In this document: positions 9,124 to 19,406 of the stretch, piece by piece
Layout: every line of letters begins with the position of its first letter
Numbering within the stretch: the stretch's first letter is position 1
Assembly (NCBI GenBank): GCA_043228905.1
Contig: JBHGNT010000015.1
Span: forward strand, 2,542,001-2,606,000
DNA length: 64,000 nt
Source: Azolla caroliniana
Taxonomy: Eukaryota > Plantae > Polypodiophyta
Direction of reading: 5' to 3'
Notes under the pieces: model-generated
What the model was told of the DNA's origin: nothing
Database searches by the model: none
The model's input: the letters and a program-made list of their open reading frames with translations, nothing else
Translations under genes and position numbers: made by a program

Positions 9124-12100
9124 GTCCGGCCAAAATAGGAGCCATTTGGCTGGACCATCCTAGCTATGTAGAGTTAGTTCCTAGTCGTGGTTCCATTTCA
9201 TCAAATCAAGTGAGTCGAGTTTTTTCAGCACAAGTCGAGCTTACCACATCTACATGTCATCGAGTCCTAGCCTCTGCCCTTCTAGATTCTGGAGCCAACT
9301 CTTGTTTCATGGATCGTGAATTTGCCTTGTCACAAAACATCCTCTTGAATAAGCTTCCCAACCCAGTAGCCGTAGGAGTCATCGATGGACGTCCCATAGC
9401 ATCAGGAGATATAGTCGAGGAGTCCGAGCCAATTAGGATAGTTCTTGGCAATTTGGCAAGCATAATCTCTTTCAATATTATTCGTAGTCCGGACCACCCA
9501 ATAATTCTAGGTCTCCCCTGGTTTGAACTCCATAACCCGAAGATTGATTGGATGAAAAGAACAATTGAGGAGACTCGGGAAAAAAGCACAAATCCCGCAT
9601 CCCTCTCTCCTACATGTGCTAATAGATCCCCAGAGTTATCGCCCATCTCTTTACGACAGTTGAGGGAGGAAGGGGGGAACGAGGCCATGTTCGTCTTCGC
9701 AATAGTAGCAACTCCATCATCCACTTCACGTGACGCGGATATTAAACTACCAGAGAAATACAAGGAGTTTTCAGATGTCTTTGATAAGGTGAAGGCCAAT
9801 ACATTGCCGGAGCATCGGCCATACGACTGCCCTATTGACTTACAACCAGGGAAAGAACCTCCATGGGGCCCAATTTATAATCTCTCCCCTGTAGAGCTAG
9901 AGACTTTGCGGGAATATATTGATGAGAATCTGGCAAACGGATTCATTCGGCATTCTAGATCCCCTGCTGGTGCACCTATCTTCTTCGTTAAGAAGAAGAA
10001 TGGGACTCTTCGGTTGGTCGTGGATTATCTAGGGCTAAACAAAGTGACTATCCGAAATAGATATGCTCTACCATTAATCCCGAATCTTTTGGAACGTCTC
10101 AATGGTGCAAAATATTTCACGAAGTTGGACCTTCGCGGAGCATATAATCTAGTTCGGATTCGCCCGGGGGATGAATGGAAGACAGCTTTCCGCACTCGCT
10201 ATGGACATTTTGAGTATACAGTGATGCCATTTGGTCTCACGAATGCACCTGCTGTTTTCCAACATATGGCGAACGATATTTTTCGAGATTTTCTTGATAT
10301 CTTCACTATAGTTTACCTAGATGATATTTTAATCTACTCAAAGACCCAAGAGGAGCATGATGCACATGTTCGTCAAGTACTATGCCGACTCCGAGAATAT
10401 GGTCTCTACGCAAAATTAGAAAAGTGTAGTTTCGGCCAGAATCAAGTGGAATTTTTGGGGTATGTTGTATCGTCAAATGGTATTGCTATGGACCCCATGA
10501 AGGTACAAGCAATTTTAGAGTGGCAAACGCCCCTTTCAGTGCGTGATGTGCAATGTTTTCTCGGGTTTGCAAATTTTTATCGGAAATTTATTAAAGATTA
10601 TTCCAAGGTTGTGCTTCCGCTTACTCAGCTCACACATAAAGATCAACCATTTATATGGAGTTCAGATGCATCCGAGGCATTCGAAAGCTTAAAACGAGCA
10701 TTTACAACGGCACCTATCTTAGCACATGTCGACCCAACAAAACGCTTCATCCTCGAAGCCGATGCATCCGATTTTGCACTAGGGAGTGTCCTCTCGCAGA
10801 CTGGAGATGATGGACAACTACACCCTGTCAGCTTTCATTCACGAAAGTTTGAAGCTGCAGAGATCAACTACGAGATCCATGACAAAGAGCTTCTTGCAAT
10901 CGTGGATTCGTTTCAACAATGGCGACATTTCCTAGAAGGTTCTTCTCAGCAAATCATTGTCTACAATGATCATAAGAACCTGACTTATTTCCAAAATGCT
11001 CGAGTCTTGAGTCGGCGACAAGCCCGGTGGGCGCAATTTTTGACTCACTTCGACTTTATCATCATATATCGCCCTGGGATGCAGCAAGGCAAAGCAGATG
11101 CTCTTTCTCGGCGCTCTTATATGGAACTTCGTCCAGGGGAACCTGCTTTTGAGCATCAAAAACAAATCCTTTTGGGTCCTAATCGATTACGATTAATGGT
11201 AGTTAACGCCATAACAGCTCTTGAAAATTCCACTCTTCTTGATTCCATTCGAGATCATATGGCCACTGATGATTTCGCCAAGGATGTTTTGGATCATATC
11301 GTCCCGGATCGTGCTTCTTGCTCACAGTCGAAAAATCCTCGTAATGACTATTGTCAGTTCTATTGGCATGATGGTTTTCTATTTCGACAAAATTTATTGT
11401 ATGTTCCTGATGGTCCCCCACGGCTACAAGTTTTGCAACATTGCCATGACTCACCAATGGCTGGTCATTTTGGAGTTCACAAGACTCTAGAATTAATTTC
11501 TCGACGCTATTGGTGGCCTCGCCTTCGTCATTTTGTTGAGGAGTATGTTCGGAGTTGTGATATATGTTGTCGATCAAAGAGTCCTCGTCACCGACCCTAT
11601 GGCTTACTACAACCACTTCCCATTCCAGAAACACCTTGGAAGTCTATATCCTTGGACTTCATTACTGATCTCCCAGTTTCAAAAGGTTTTGATGCAATTC
11701 TCACAGTGGTTGATCGATTTACCAAAATGGCACATTTCTTGCCATGTACAAAGTCGATTACTAGTCAAGAGACGGTTGATCTCGTTATGCGGGAGGTATT
11801 TAAGCATTATGGTCTGCCAGATGATATTATTAGTGATCGTGGTCCACAATTCATCTCAAAGTTTTGGAAGCACCTGTTCAAACTTCTCCACATTTCAGTT
11901 AAGCTTTCTTCGGGCTATCATCCTGAAACAAATGGCCAAACAGAGCGTACCAACCAGACATTGGAACAATATCTTCGTTGTTTCATCAACTATCAACAAG
12001 ATGATTGGGTTGCATTTTTGCACTTGGCGGAATTCGCTTACAACAACTCAGCCCATTCTTCTACAGGATATTCCCCATTTTTCGCAAATACGGGCTGTCA

Positions 12101-12761
12101 TCCTCGATGGACGATGAATGCGCATCCAGAAGTTCCTACCAACCCTGCTGCCGAGGATCGTCTTAGTCGCCTCCAAGAAATTGAAGCTAACATTCTCCAC
12201 AATTTGCACGATGCTCAATTTACACACAAGAGGCTTGCCGATCGTCATCGTCTAGACTCCTCAAAAAAGTTCCGCATTGGGGATCATGTATGGCTTCTCC
12301 AACACAACATCAAGACCACTCGACCTTGCAGTAAATTGGATTACCAACGTTTTGGCCCTTACATGATCACTGGTAAGATAAGTGATGTTGCATTTCGTCT
12401 TGACCTCCCTCCGCACATGCATCTTCATCCGGTGTTTCATGTATCCCTTTTGGAACCTTATACTACAAGTTCAATTCCGGGCCGTCTTACGACACCCCCA
12501 CCACCTGTCGAGTTCTTGGACGGGCCTGAATTTGAAGTTGCTGCCGTTCTCGATTCTAAAATCGTGCGCAACAAGTTGTATTACTTGGTCGATTGGCTAG
12601 GCTATACCCCCAATGATCGAACTTGGGAACCTGCCACAAATCTTTCCAATGTTGCAGAACTCGTCAATGCATTTCATCGCCAATATCCTTGTAAACCAGG
12701 TCCTAATACAAACCCTACGACCCGTGAGACGTGTCGTCGAAGAAGGGGGATAGTGTCATGA
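9111..12761 (+). CDS. pol: Pol polyprotein: protease, RT, RNase H, integrase, chromodomain; probably reached by a -1 frameshift
   Basis: LLDSGA protease, YLDD RT, EADASD RNase H, H..H..C..C and DFITD/SDRG/ER integrase, FEVAAVLDSKIVRNKLYYLVDWLGY...TWEP chromodomain; the frame is open upstream to GTTAAAC at 9111. Confidence 0.95.
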   Translation, partial: VKRVSPAKIGAIWLDHPSYVELVPSRGSISSNQVSRVFSAQVELTTSTCHRVLASALLDSGANSCFMDREFALSQNILLNKLPNPVAVGVIDGRPIASGDIVEESEPIRIVLGNLASIISFNIIRSPDHPIILGLPWFELHNPKIDWMKRTIEETREKSTNPASLSPTCANRSPELSPISLRQLREEGGNEAMFVFAIVATPSSTSRDADIKLPEKYKEFSDVFDKVKANTLPEHRPYDCPIDLQPGKEPPWGPIYNLSPVELETLREYIDENLANGFIRHSRSPAGAPIFFVKKKNGTLRLVVDYLGLNKVTIRNRYALPLIPNLLERLNGAKYFTKLDLRGAYNLVRIRPGDEWKTAFRTRYGHFEYTVMPFGLTNAPAVFQHMANDIFRDFLDIFTIVYLDDILIYSKTQEEHDAHVRQVLCRLREYGLYAKLEKCSFGQNQVEFLGYVVSSNGIAMDPMKVQAILEWQTPLSVRDVQCFLGFANFYRKFIKDYSKVVLPLTQLTHKDQPFIWSSDASEAFESLKRAFTTAPILAHVDPTKRFILEADASDFALGSVLSQTGDDGQLHPVSFHSRKFEAAEINYEIHDKELLAIVDSFQQWRHFLEGSSQQIIVYNDHKNLTYFQNARVLSRRQARWAQFLTHFDFIIIYRPGMQQGKADALSRRSYMELRPGEPAFEHQKQILLGPNRLRLMVVNAITALENSTLLDSIRDHMATDDFAKDVLDHIVPDRASCSQSKNPRNDYCQFYWHDGFLFRQNLLYVPDGPPRLQVLQHCHDSPMAGHFGVHKTLELISRRYWWPRLRHFVEEYVRSCDICCRSKSPRHRPYGLLQPLPIPETPWKSISLDFITDLPVSKGFDAILTVVDRFTKMAHFLPCTKSITSQETVDLVMREVFKHYGLPDDIISDRGPQFISKFWKHLFKLLHISVKLSSGYHPETNGQTERTNQTLEQYLRCFINYQQDDWVAFLHLAEFAYNNSAHSSTGYSPFFANTGCHPRWTMNAHPEVPTNPAAEDRLSRLQEIEANILHNLHDAQFTHKRLADRHRLDSSKKFRIGDHVWLLQHNIKTTRPCSKLDYQRFGPYMITGKISDVAFRLDLPPHMHLHPVFHVSLLEPYTTSSIPGRLTTPPPPVEFLDGPEFEVAAVLDSKIVRNKLYYLVDWLGYTPNDRTWEPATNLSNVAELVNAFHRQYPCKPGPNTNPTTRETCRRRRGIVS

Positions 12762-13224
12762 TAACAGTCACATCATGCATCGAAAGGATCATGACACTCA
12801 CATTATGACTCGAAAGGATTTGAACCCACGACCTTGTTGTACACATGTCAAATCCTTAACCATTGTATTAATATTCTTATATGTATAGTCTCTAGAATAT
12901 GAAATCTAATATCATAGGAATATTCTATATTACTCTACATTCTAGAATGACCTAGAGTATTCTAGAGTGTTCTATACCACTAGAACCTTCTAGAATACTC
13001 TAGAGATCTTCTAGATTACTCTACATTCTAGGATAACCTAGAATATTCTAGAGAGTTCTCTATTACTTATAAATAGGGATCTACCACCCATCCCAAACCT
13101 AAATTGGTTCAACGCCATTTTGTAGCCTACTCTTTGTAATCCATTTTACGCTTCAATATAATAATTCTCTTTCAATTATCTCTCTATCTCTTTTTCTCTC
13201 TCTTTCTCTCTCTCAGTCTTGACA
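12754..13224 (+). repeat. 3' LTR of element A
   Basis: Same sequence as 7444-7914; preceded by PPT, followed by TSD GTAAC. Confidence 0.97.
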
Positions 13225-13249
13225 GTAACAAACGTCTGCATGACAAAAT

Positions 13250-14200
13250 TTGTTATTTTTTCAACAAGCATCAAATACAACTAGCAAGCTTTTGAATGCA
13301 ACTAGACATTGATATCACCGAAAGCAATATGGATGATTTGCTAGCTAGGGGGGTAGAGTTAGTGAGGCGGTTGGTAGCATGCCAATGGTGTGCTTTCCTA
13401 GAGTGAGATAAATTGTGATCATGCCAACTCTTGAGACTTTGAATCTGCCTGTAGATTTTCGAATTGTGCATGCAAGGATGCCACTAGATAAGTCCATATA
13501 GCTATGACAACATCTTCGATTGTGTGTGTTTCCCCTGAGTACCATTTGAGGCATATGTATTTCCAAATGTTCCATAGATCGATTGATGCCACAATTGACA
13601 ATGTTTCTTGCAACATGATCCCCAAATTTGCATGGATCCAATCATTGTCCATGTGTAGTAGGTTTTGTGCGCTATGAAGTCTAAGGGGGATCATGTGCTC
13701 CACACATCCATGCATTCTTTCGTAGAGACTACCATATAGCATAACCAAATGAAATCGAGCCTTCCATGATGCATGCTACTAGAATGCGTATAATTCTTTC
13801 CCAAATCATATGTGCATACGTGTAGGACCACAAGCAATGTTCAATCAATTCTGAATTGTAGTTGAAGCTCCTACATTCACCATCTTTGTTGTATCCATTT
13901 ACCAATGAGGAGGGCAAGTTTATGGTTGATAAGACAAAGAAAGGATTTGCATTTTTAAGGCAAGTTAGCTTGCCCACAACTTTATCCAATAAGCATGCAT
14001 GCAAGTTTCATCCAGGCCCTCCTCCCTCCATTTACTACCAAGTGCATCTTTGTGAATTCCATGCTGCTGAATGATATTTTGACCAATTTTTGTTGTATAC
14101 TTTTCATTCTTGCAAGTCCTATTTTGTCCCAAATCCAGCAAGAAAGTGTTTGCCATGGCGTTGATAGAAAGTATAGGAAACTCTCTTCACAATGACTATG
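13250..14200 (-). mobile_element. Decayed L1-type LINE 3' fragment
   Basis: Remnant zf-RVT-like ECRS...ELIEHCLWSYTYAHMIW and ASIDLWNIWKYIC motifs; many stops. Confidence 0.6.
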
Positions 14201-15171
14201 TAATGAATAGGTTCACATTGTGCGCAAGAGAATAAGTCTCCTTTTGCCTATATAGTATAACTAGTGCAAATCACCTTTCACATATTTGATTTAAGAGGAG
14301 AATGAGTCATCTTTCACCTTTGCTTAATTTATAGTGCAACTCATAGATTATTACCTACAACATGTTTTATAATTATTTCTTCCAATGTAATATAACAGTT
14401 GTGAAACAATCAAATCGTGCATAGAGGTCTTGTTCTCCACTACCTAATATGGTCCTGTGAAATCAATAACATTCATCATTTGTATCCATAGCCAAAGCCA
14501 ACTAACTGACAAATATGACAACAAATTCATTGAGTGGATAATAGAATGTTTTTTTATGACATATTTCCACAAAGACGTATATCACTTACTCACGTCCAAT
14601 TATTATGCATGTCTAACAATGAAAGATACCATCACAACGCAAAAGTACATATTTAAAATGTGTTGTGAATTTGAAACAAAATAAGAATACATTCATATTC
14701 GATATAATATTTTGTCTCATTAAAAATCAAACTATGTCATATTTTCACAACTAGAAATATATATGATGTGTTTTTGTCATGAAATATAATTATTCTGCAT
14801 GTTTGGTGTGAGATGTAATCTTCCCTGAGATTTATGTTTGTTATACTAGACATTCATTTTGGATCATATTTCATTTAAGAGAAAAGTTTGATCCAAAAGT
14901 TAACAACATTCCAAACAATTAGGGAAGCAAAAGAAAAAGAGGCAAACCCTACATGTTTTTTTCTATTGAAATATAACAGACACATTGCCATGATAAACGA
15001 AAGCCATTCGCTTAAAAGTTTGCATCATATGGCCACAACTATTAGTATGTGTAGAATATCCATTTTAAATATAGGATTCCCAACATAAAAGGGGCATTTA
15101 TATCCCCAATATACTCGTTTGCAATAGTTAAATGAAAAGAAAGGACAAGTTGGTATGTTTATGTTTGTTCA

Positions 15172-16500
15172 TGAAAAGAATACGTGTGCGGAAGCGTATG
15201 CGTAAAACACAGAGTACACGGTTCGGTAGTATGACAGTTCAGTGAAACACAGAAATCACAAAGAAAGAGAGGGAGAGACAGAAACTACAAACTATATTCA
15301 AAATAATTCTTTGTATGTTCTCTGTACATATTTCGTGCTCAGTGAGCACCTTTTATACAAGCCTTGACTATCGGGTTGACACAAGTACTAATAGTACTTG
15401 ACCGCTCATAAATGAGCCTTCTACACTAACTCCCAAAACTATTCCCTACGAGGAATAATGTTCTAACGGCCTTTCGGTTTAAACACTGCCACAACCATAT
15501 TTTGCATACGGTTTTACACACCCAGTCTACGTACTGGGTTACGTACCCGTTTATGCACCCAATGGTGAGCATGTCTCTCAACACTCCCCCTCAAGCTCAA
15601 CTTGAGGTTCCATCTACTTTTCCGGATCTTCGCTCCGACCTCTCCTAGATTCACGCCTCGCTTATGCTCCTTGACCCATCCGATTCCGCGCGCTTTGACC
15701 CTTCCAGTCGGCTTGTCTGCTCATGCGGCCCTCCTTAGCTCCCTTGTTGTCGCGGTGTTGGCATCTCTTCCGCTGCCCATTCCTCCGCTTGGCCCTCAGT
15801 CGATTCGTAATGTCCGAATCGAACATTTTGATTAAATCGGTCATTTCCGATTTAATTCCTCTTTCGCCCGAATTGGCTGTCTCCAATTCATCTTCTGTTT
15901 TCAGGCCCTTGACAACATTAGACCACGTCTTGGTCTTGGCCATTACATCCTTCTTGGCTGTATTTCCCTTTTGTTCGGCTGTCTTCGGCTCTTTCTTTTG
16001 ATTACGGCCCCTGTTTTCTTCTTCGTCTTCTTCAACCGGCCCGAAATCGAATTCTTCAACCGATTCGGAATCGTGGTCACTACCGCTCCTTTCATGCTCT
16101 TGTTCCTATTCCTGTCTCCCCCTCAAGTTCGGCGTGTCAAGGTGAGGCAACCCGAGCTCACCCGAGAAATGCCATAACTTGTCGAGACCAAGGGGCTTGG
16201 TGAAGATGTCGGCAACCTGTTGACCGTCGAAACATACGCCAGTTCGACCTCATGAGAAAGGACACGCTCGCGGACAAAATGATAGTGCACCTCAATGTGC
16301 TTGGTCCAGGCGTGGAAAACAAGGTCCTTCGCAAGGTGGATGTTGTTGAGGATGTTGCTGAGGTTGTCGCAGTAGATCGTCGTTGGATCAGACACCTCTA
16401 CGTGCAGATCTCGTAATAGCTGTTTTAGGCAAATGACATCACACATAGCGACAATCGCCCCTCGTTATTCGGCCTCTGTGCTCGACAATGCTACTGTCGG
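15172..16500 (-). mobile_element. Ty1/copia 3' part (RNase H, extension, PPT, 3' LTR 15583-15172), truncated upstream
   Basis: VALSSTEAE, IYCDN, HAWTKHIEVHYHFVRERV RNase H motifs; PPT CTTGAGGGGGAG then TGTTGAG...TTTTCA LTR. Confidence 0.88.
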
Positions 16501-16771
16501 AAGAGTACTGCCATGATATAACATGGTATGGCTAGGATTTGAACCCGTGCAGATCTCGTAATAGCTGTTTTAGGCAAATGACATCACACATAGCGACAAT
16601 CGCCCCTCGTTATTCGGCCTCTGTGCTCGACAATGCTACTGTCGGAAGAGTACTGCCATGATATAACATGGTATGGCTAGGATTTGAACCCATGACCTTG
16701 TGTCACATTGGTTGAAGCTTTACCATTAAGCTATACATGGCTGATGGAAGAGTACTGCCATGATATAACAT

Positions 16772-16842
16772 GGTATGGCTAGGATTTGAACCCATGACCT
16801 TATGTCACATTGGTTGAAGCTTTACCATTAAGCTATACATTG
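16772..16842 (-). promoter_or_regulatory. tRNA-like Pol III promoter module in LTR B U3 (also 23090-23159 and a duplicate near 16670-16740)
   Basis: Minus strand TAGCTTAATGGTAAAGC (A box with D-stem GCTT/AAGC) ... AAGGTCATGGGTTCAAATCC (B box). Confidence 0.75.
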
Positions 16843-17044
16843 TAATACAAAAAATGTTATTTCCATTTATTATTTCACCTAGGAAATCCATGTATATTCT
16901 AGATTTATCTGGAACATACTAGAAATGTCAAGAGTATTCCTAAGCCACTATAAAAAGAGTCACATGGCATTATTGAGAACCAAATCGGTTCAACGCCCAT
17001 CTTAAGCCTCCTAGCTATTCCTGTATATTCTCTTTATATAATAT

Positions 17045-17433
17045 TGTTGAGTGGCAAGCTCAACCGGATCCGGATCGACATCCGGAAGGATGAGCCGGAT
17101 CGGTGAGCCAGTGAGCCAGTGAGCCGGTTAGCCGGATCCAGAAGTAACCGGAAGCCTAGTAGCAGCCTAGACTACTAGGTATTTAATGTCTCATAGTTAG
17201 TGTCAGATGCTCGTATGAGCATTGAAGTACACTGTACTTCTGCCAGTCCTCTTAGGACTTGTATAAATAGTGTTGTTGAGCACGTTTTATGTATAGAGAA
17301 CTATTATTGTTTTGAAATAGATTTAACTTGTTCTGCTCTTTCTCTGTCTCTCCCACGTACTGTCAAGCTCTCCATTAAACCTGCGTTTCTGTGTTCGGTT
17401 TTCTATTACTTCCGCACGCTATTTGTTTTTACA
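17045..17433 (+). mobile_element. Solo LTR (copia-type, related to LTR 15172-15583) inserted in the 5' LTR of element B
   Basis: TGTTGAG...TTTACA termini, TSD AATAT, absent from the 3' LTR of B; shares TTGTATAAA...GAGCACG...GAGAAC...CTTCCGCAC blocks with the copia LTR. Confidence 0.85.
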
Positions 17434-18628
17434 AATATATATATTTTGTTATCATCGTTCTCTCTCTCTCGTTCTACACCTCTCTTAGTACTAATCCCCT
17501 CTTTGTCTTAGTACTATTCTTGACAGTTTGAACTGATTTTGTCCTTCCTTATATCTTTTTACTTATCCCTCCTTTCTCTAATACTATGGTAATTGTTAAC
17601 GCTCAAGAATATCAATCCGTTTTCTCAAAGTTGCAATGCTTGAAAGAGAAGTTTCTCACATTAGAACCAGAAAATCAACGATTGTTGGTGGATCTTCAAC
17701 AAATCTCCTTAGAAAAGCAGCAAATGCAACAACATGGGGAACTAGTGTTACATGTGCAACAACTTGAAGCAACCACTGTAGTGTCGCAACAACAAGGACC
17801 AAGTACTCAAGAGATTCATAAAGAACCCAAGATCAGCCTTCATATGAAATTCGATGGAACGCGATCACAGTTCAGAGGATTCCTTAATCATGTACGATTA
17901 GTCATTGAAATGCATCCTTCCTGATATCCCACCGATGCATCACGAGTGGGTCTAGTAGGCACGTTGCTAAGTGGCTCAACTTTGGCATGGTTTGCTCCAT
18001 TATTAGAAAAGGAATCTCCATTACTAAATAATTTTGAGGATTTTATAAGCGAGTTTAAAGCTTGTTTTGGAGATACAGATAGCATAAGGACGACAATCAA
18101 CAAAATCCGACACTTACGTCAAGGTGATCGTCCAACCCCATATACGATGTAGATTTCCATCTACTTGCCTCCGATATCCCCTGGGATGATCAAGCATTAA
18201 TGGAACAATTTCGATATGTCCTATGAAATGATGTCAATGACTTACTCTTGACTTTCCCTAAAGAACCAAAATCACTCACATAGGCTAAGCGGCTTTTCGA
18301 GTGATGTTCGGAACGCCAATTACAAATGCCAAGGACCAGGTCGAAGCCCACATACACCTCAGTCGCAGCAAGACCATTTGTAAGGGAGTCATACAATGCA
18401 TCTTCAGCAAATACTCCAACATTGATGGAAATCGATAACACACGTCATCGTGGTTCATTGTTGGAAGAAGAAAAGCAACAATGCTGAGCAAATCGATTAT
18501 GTCTCTATTGTGGATGGCCAAGGCATATTGCAGTAAACTGTCCACATAGGCCAAGAAGACGGGTAAATCAAGTGGTAGCTTGCACTAAACCCGAGTCTAT
18601 TTCATTAGAAATTTATGATAGTTCTAAT

Positions 18629-19406
18629 CATAGTATGAACCATATGTACCATTCGTGCATTCGTGTTCGAGAATGATTCAATCATTCGAGAATGATAAAC
18701 ACCCTTGAAGAATGATCAATACCATACTTTTGGATAAATAATTTACTATAAGGTAAATATTTTTTTACAGTAAAAAAAGATTTAAAATTGCAAAAAAAAA
18801 CACATTACCTTCTTAATAACAATATGCTTTTTTTCGTAAATCTATTTATTGTGATTTTTGTGCGTATAAATTTTGTAGTACATAGTTTAGTATGTGTGTA
18901 TAGAAATTACACGAATTACTTTGAAATGATAGAAATTATAGACAAATTAAAGCCATTACAAGCTTTATAGAATAATTACAGAAATTATAGAATAATTTCA
19001 TTACAGAAATTTCAGAAATTTGATCACAGAAATTTCAGAAATTTCATTACAGAACTTTAAACCCTATTATTAGCCCTAAATATACTTGAATCTCGTTGGT
19101 ATGCAGATCGTTCGAGGCTAGGTGGGAGAGGAGAGGAGAGTGTAACGTAACGTTGATGTGCAGAGGAAAAGGGGGAAAAAGAGGGAGAAACTCAAAAAAA
19201 AGAAAAAAAAGAAGAAATAGAAAAAATAGAAGAAATAGAAAAAAAAGAAAAAAAAGGAAAAAAAGGAAAAAAAGGAAAAAAAGGAAAAAAGGAAAAAAAA
19301 AGAAAAGGTAAAAAAAACACACGAATATTTGAATATCATTCGTGTTCATTTTCCAATGTAGGAAAACGAATGATATGGCAGATGAACACGAATTTTACGT
19401 ACTATG
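18629..19406. mobile_element. Non-autonomous hAT-type MITE inserted in gag of element B
   Basis: 8-bp TSD GTTCTAAT (18621-18628, 19407-19414); termini CATAGTATG / CGTACTATG; subterminal (C)ATTCGTG repeats. Confidence 0.85.

Larger units (their letters stand above)
7444..13224 (+). mobile_element. Full-length young Ty3/gypsy chromovirus (Tcn1-like), element A
   Basis: 471-bp LTRs TGTCA...TGACA at 7444-7914 and 12754-13224, identical by eye; 5-bp TSD GTAAC (7439-7443, 13225-13229); PPT AGAAGGGGGATAG; PR-RT-RH-INT-chromodomain order. Confidence 0.97.

Noticed and set aside
19047-19349. F-rich and K/R-rich ORFs
   Set aside because: Translations of an A-rich low-complexity tract inside the hAT MITE
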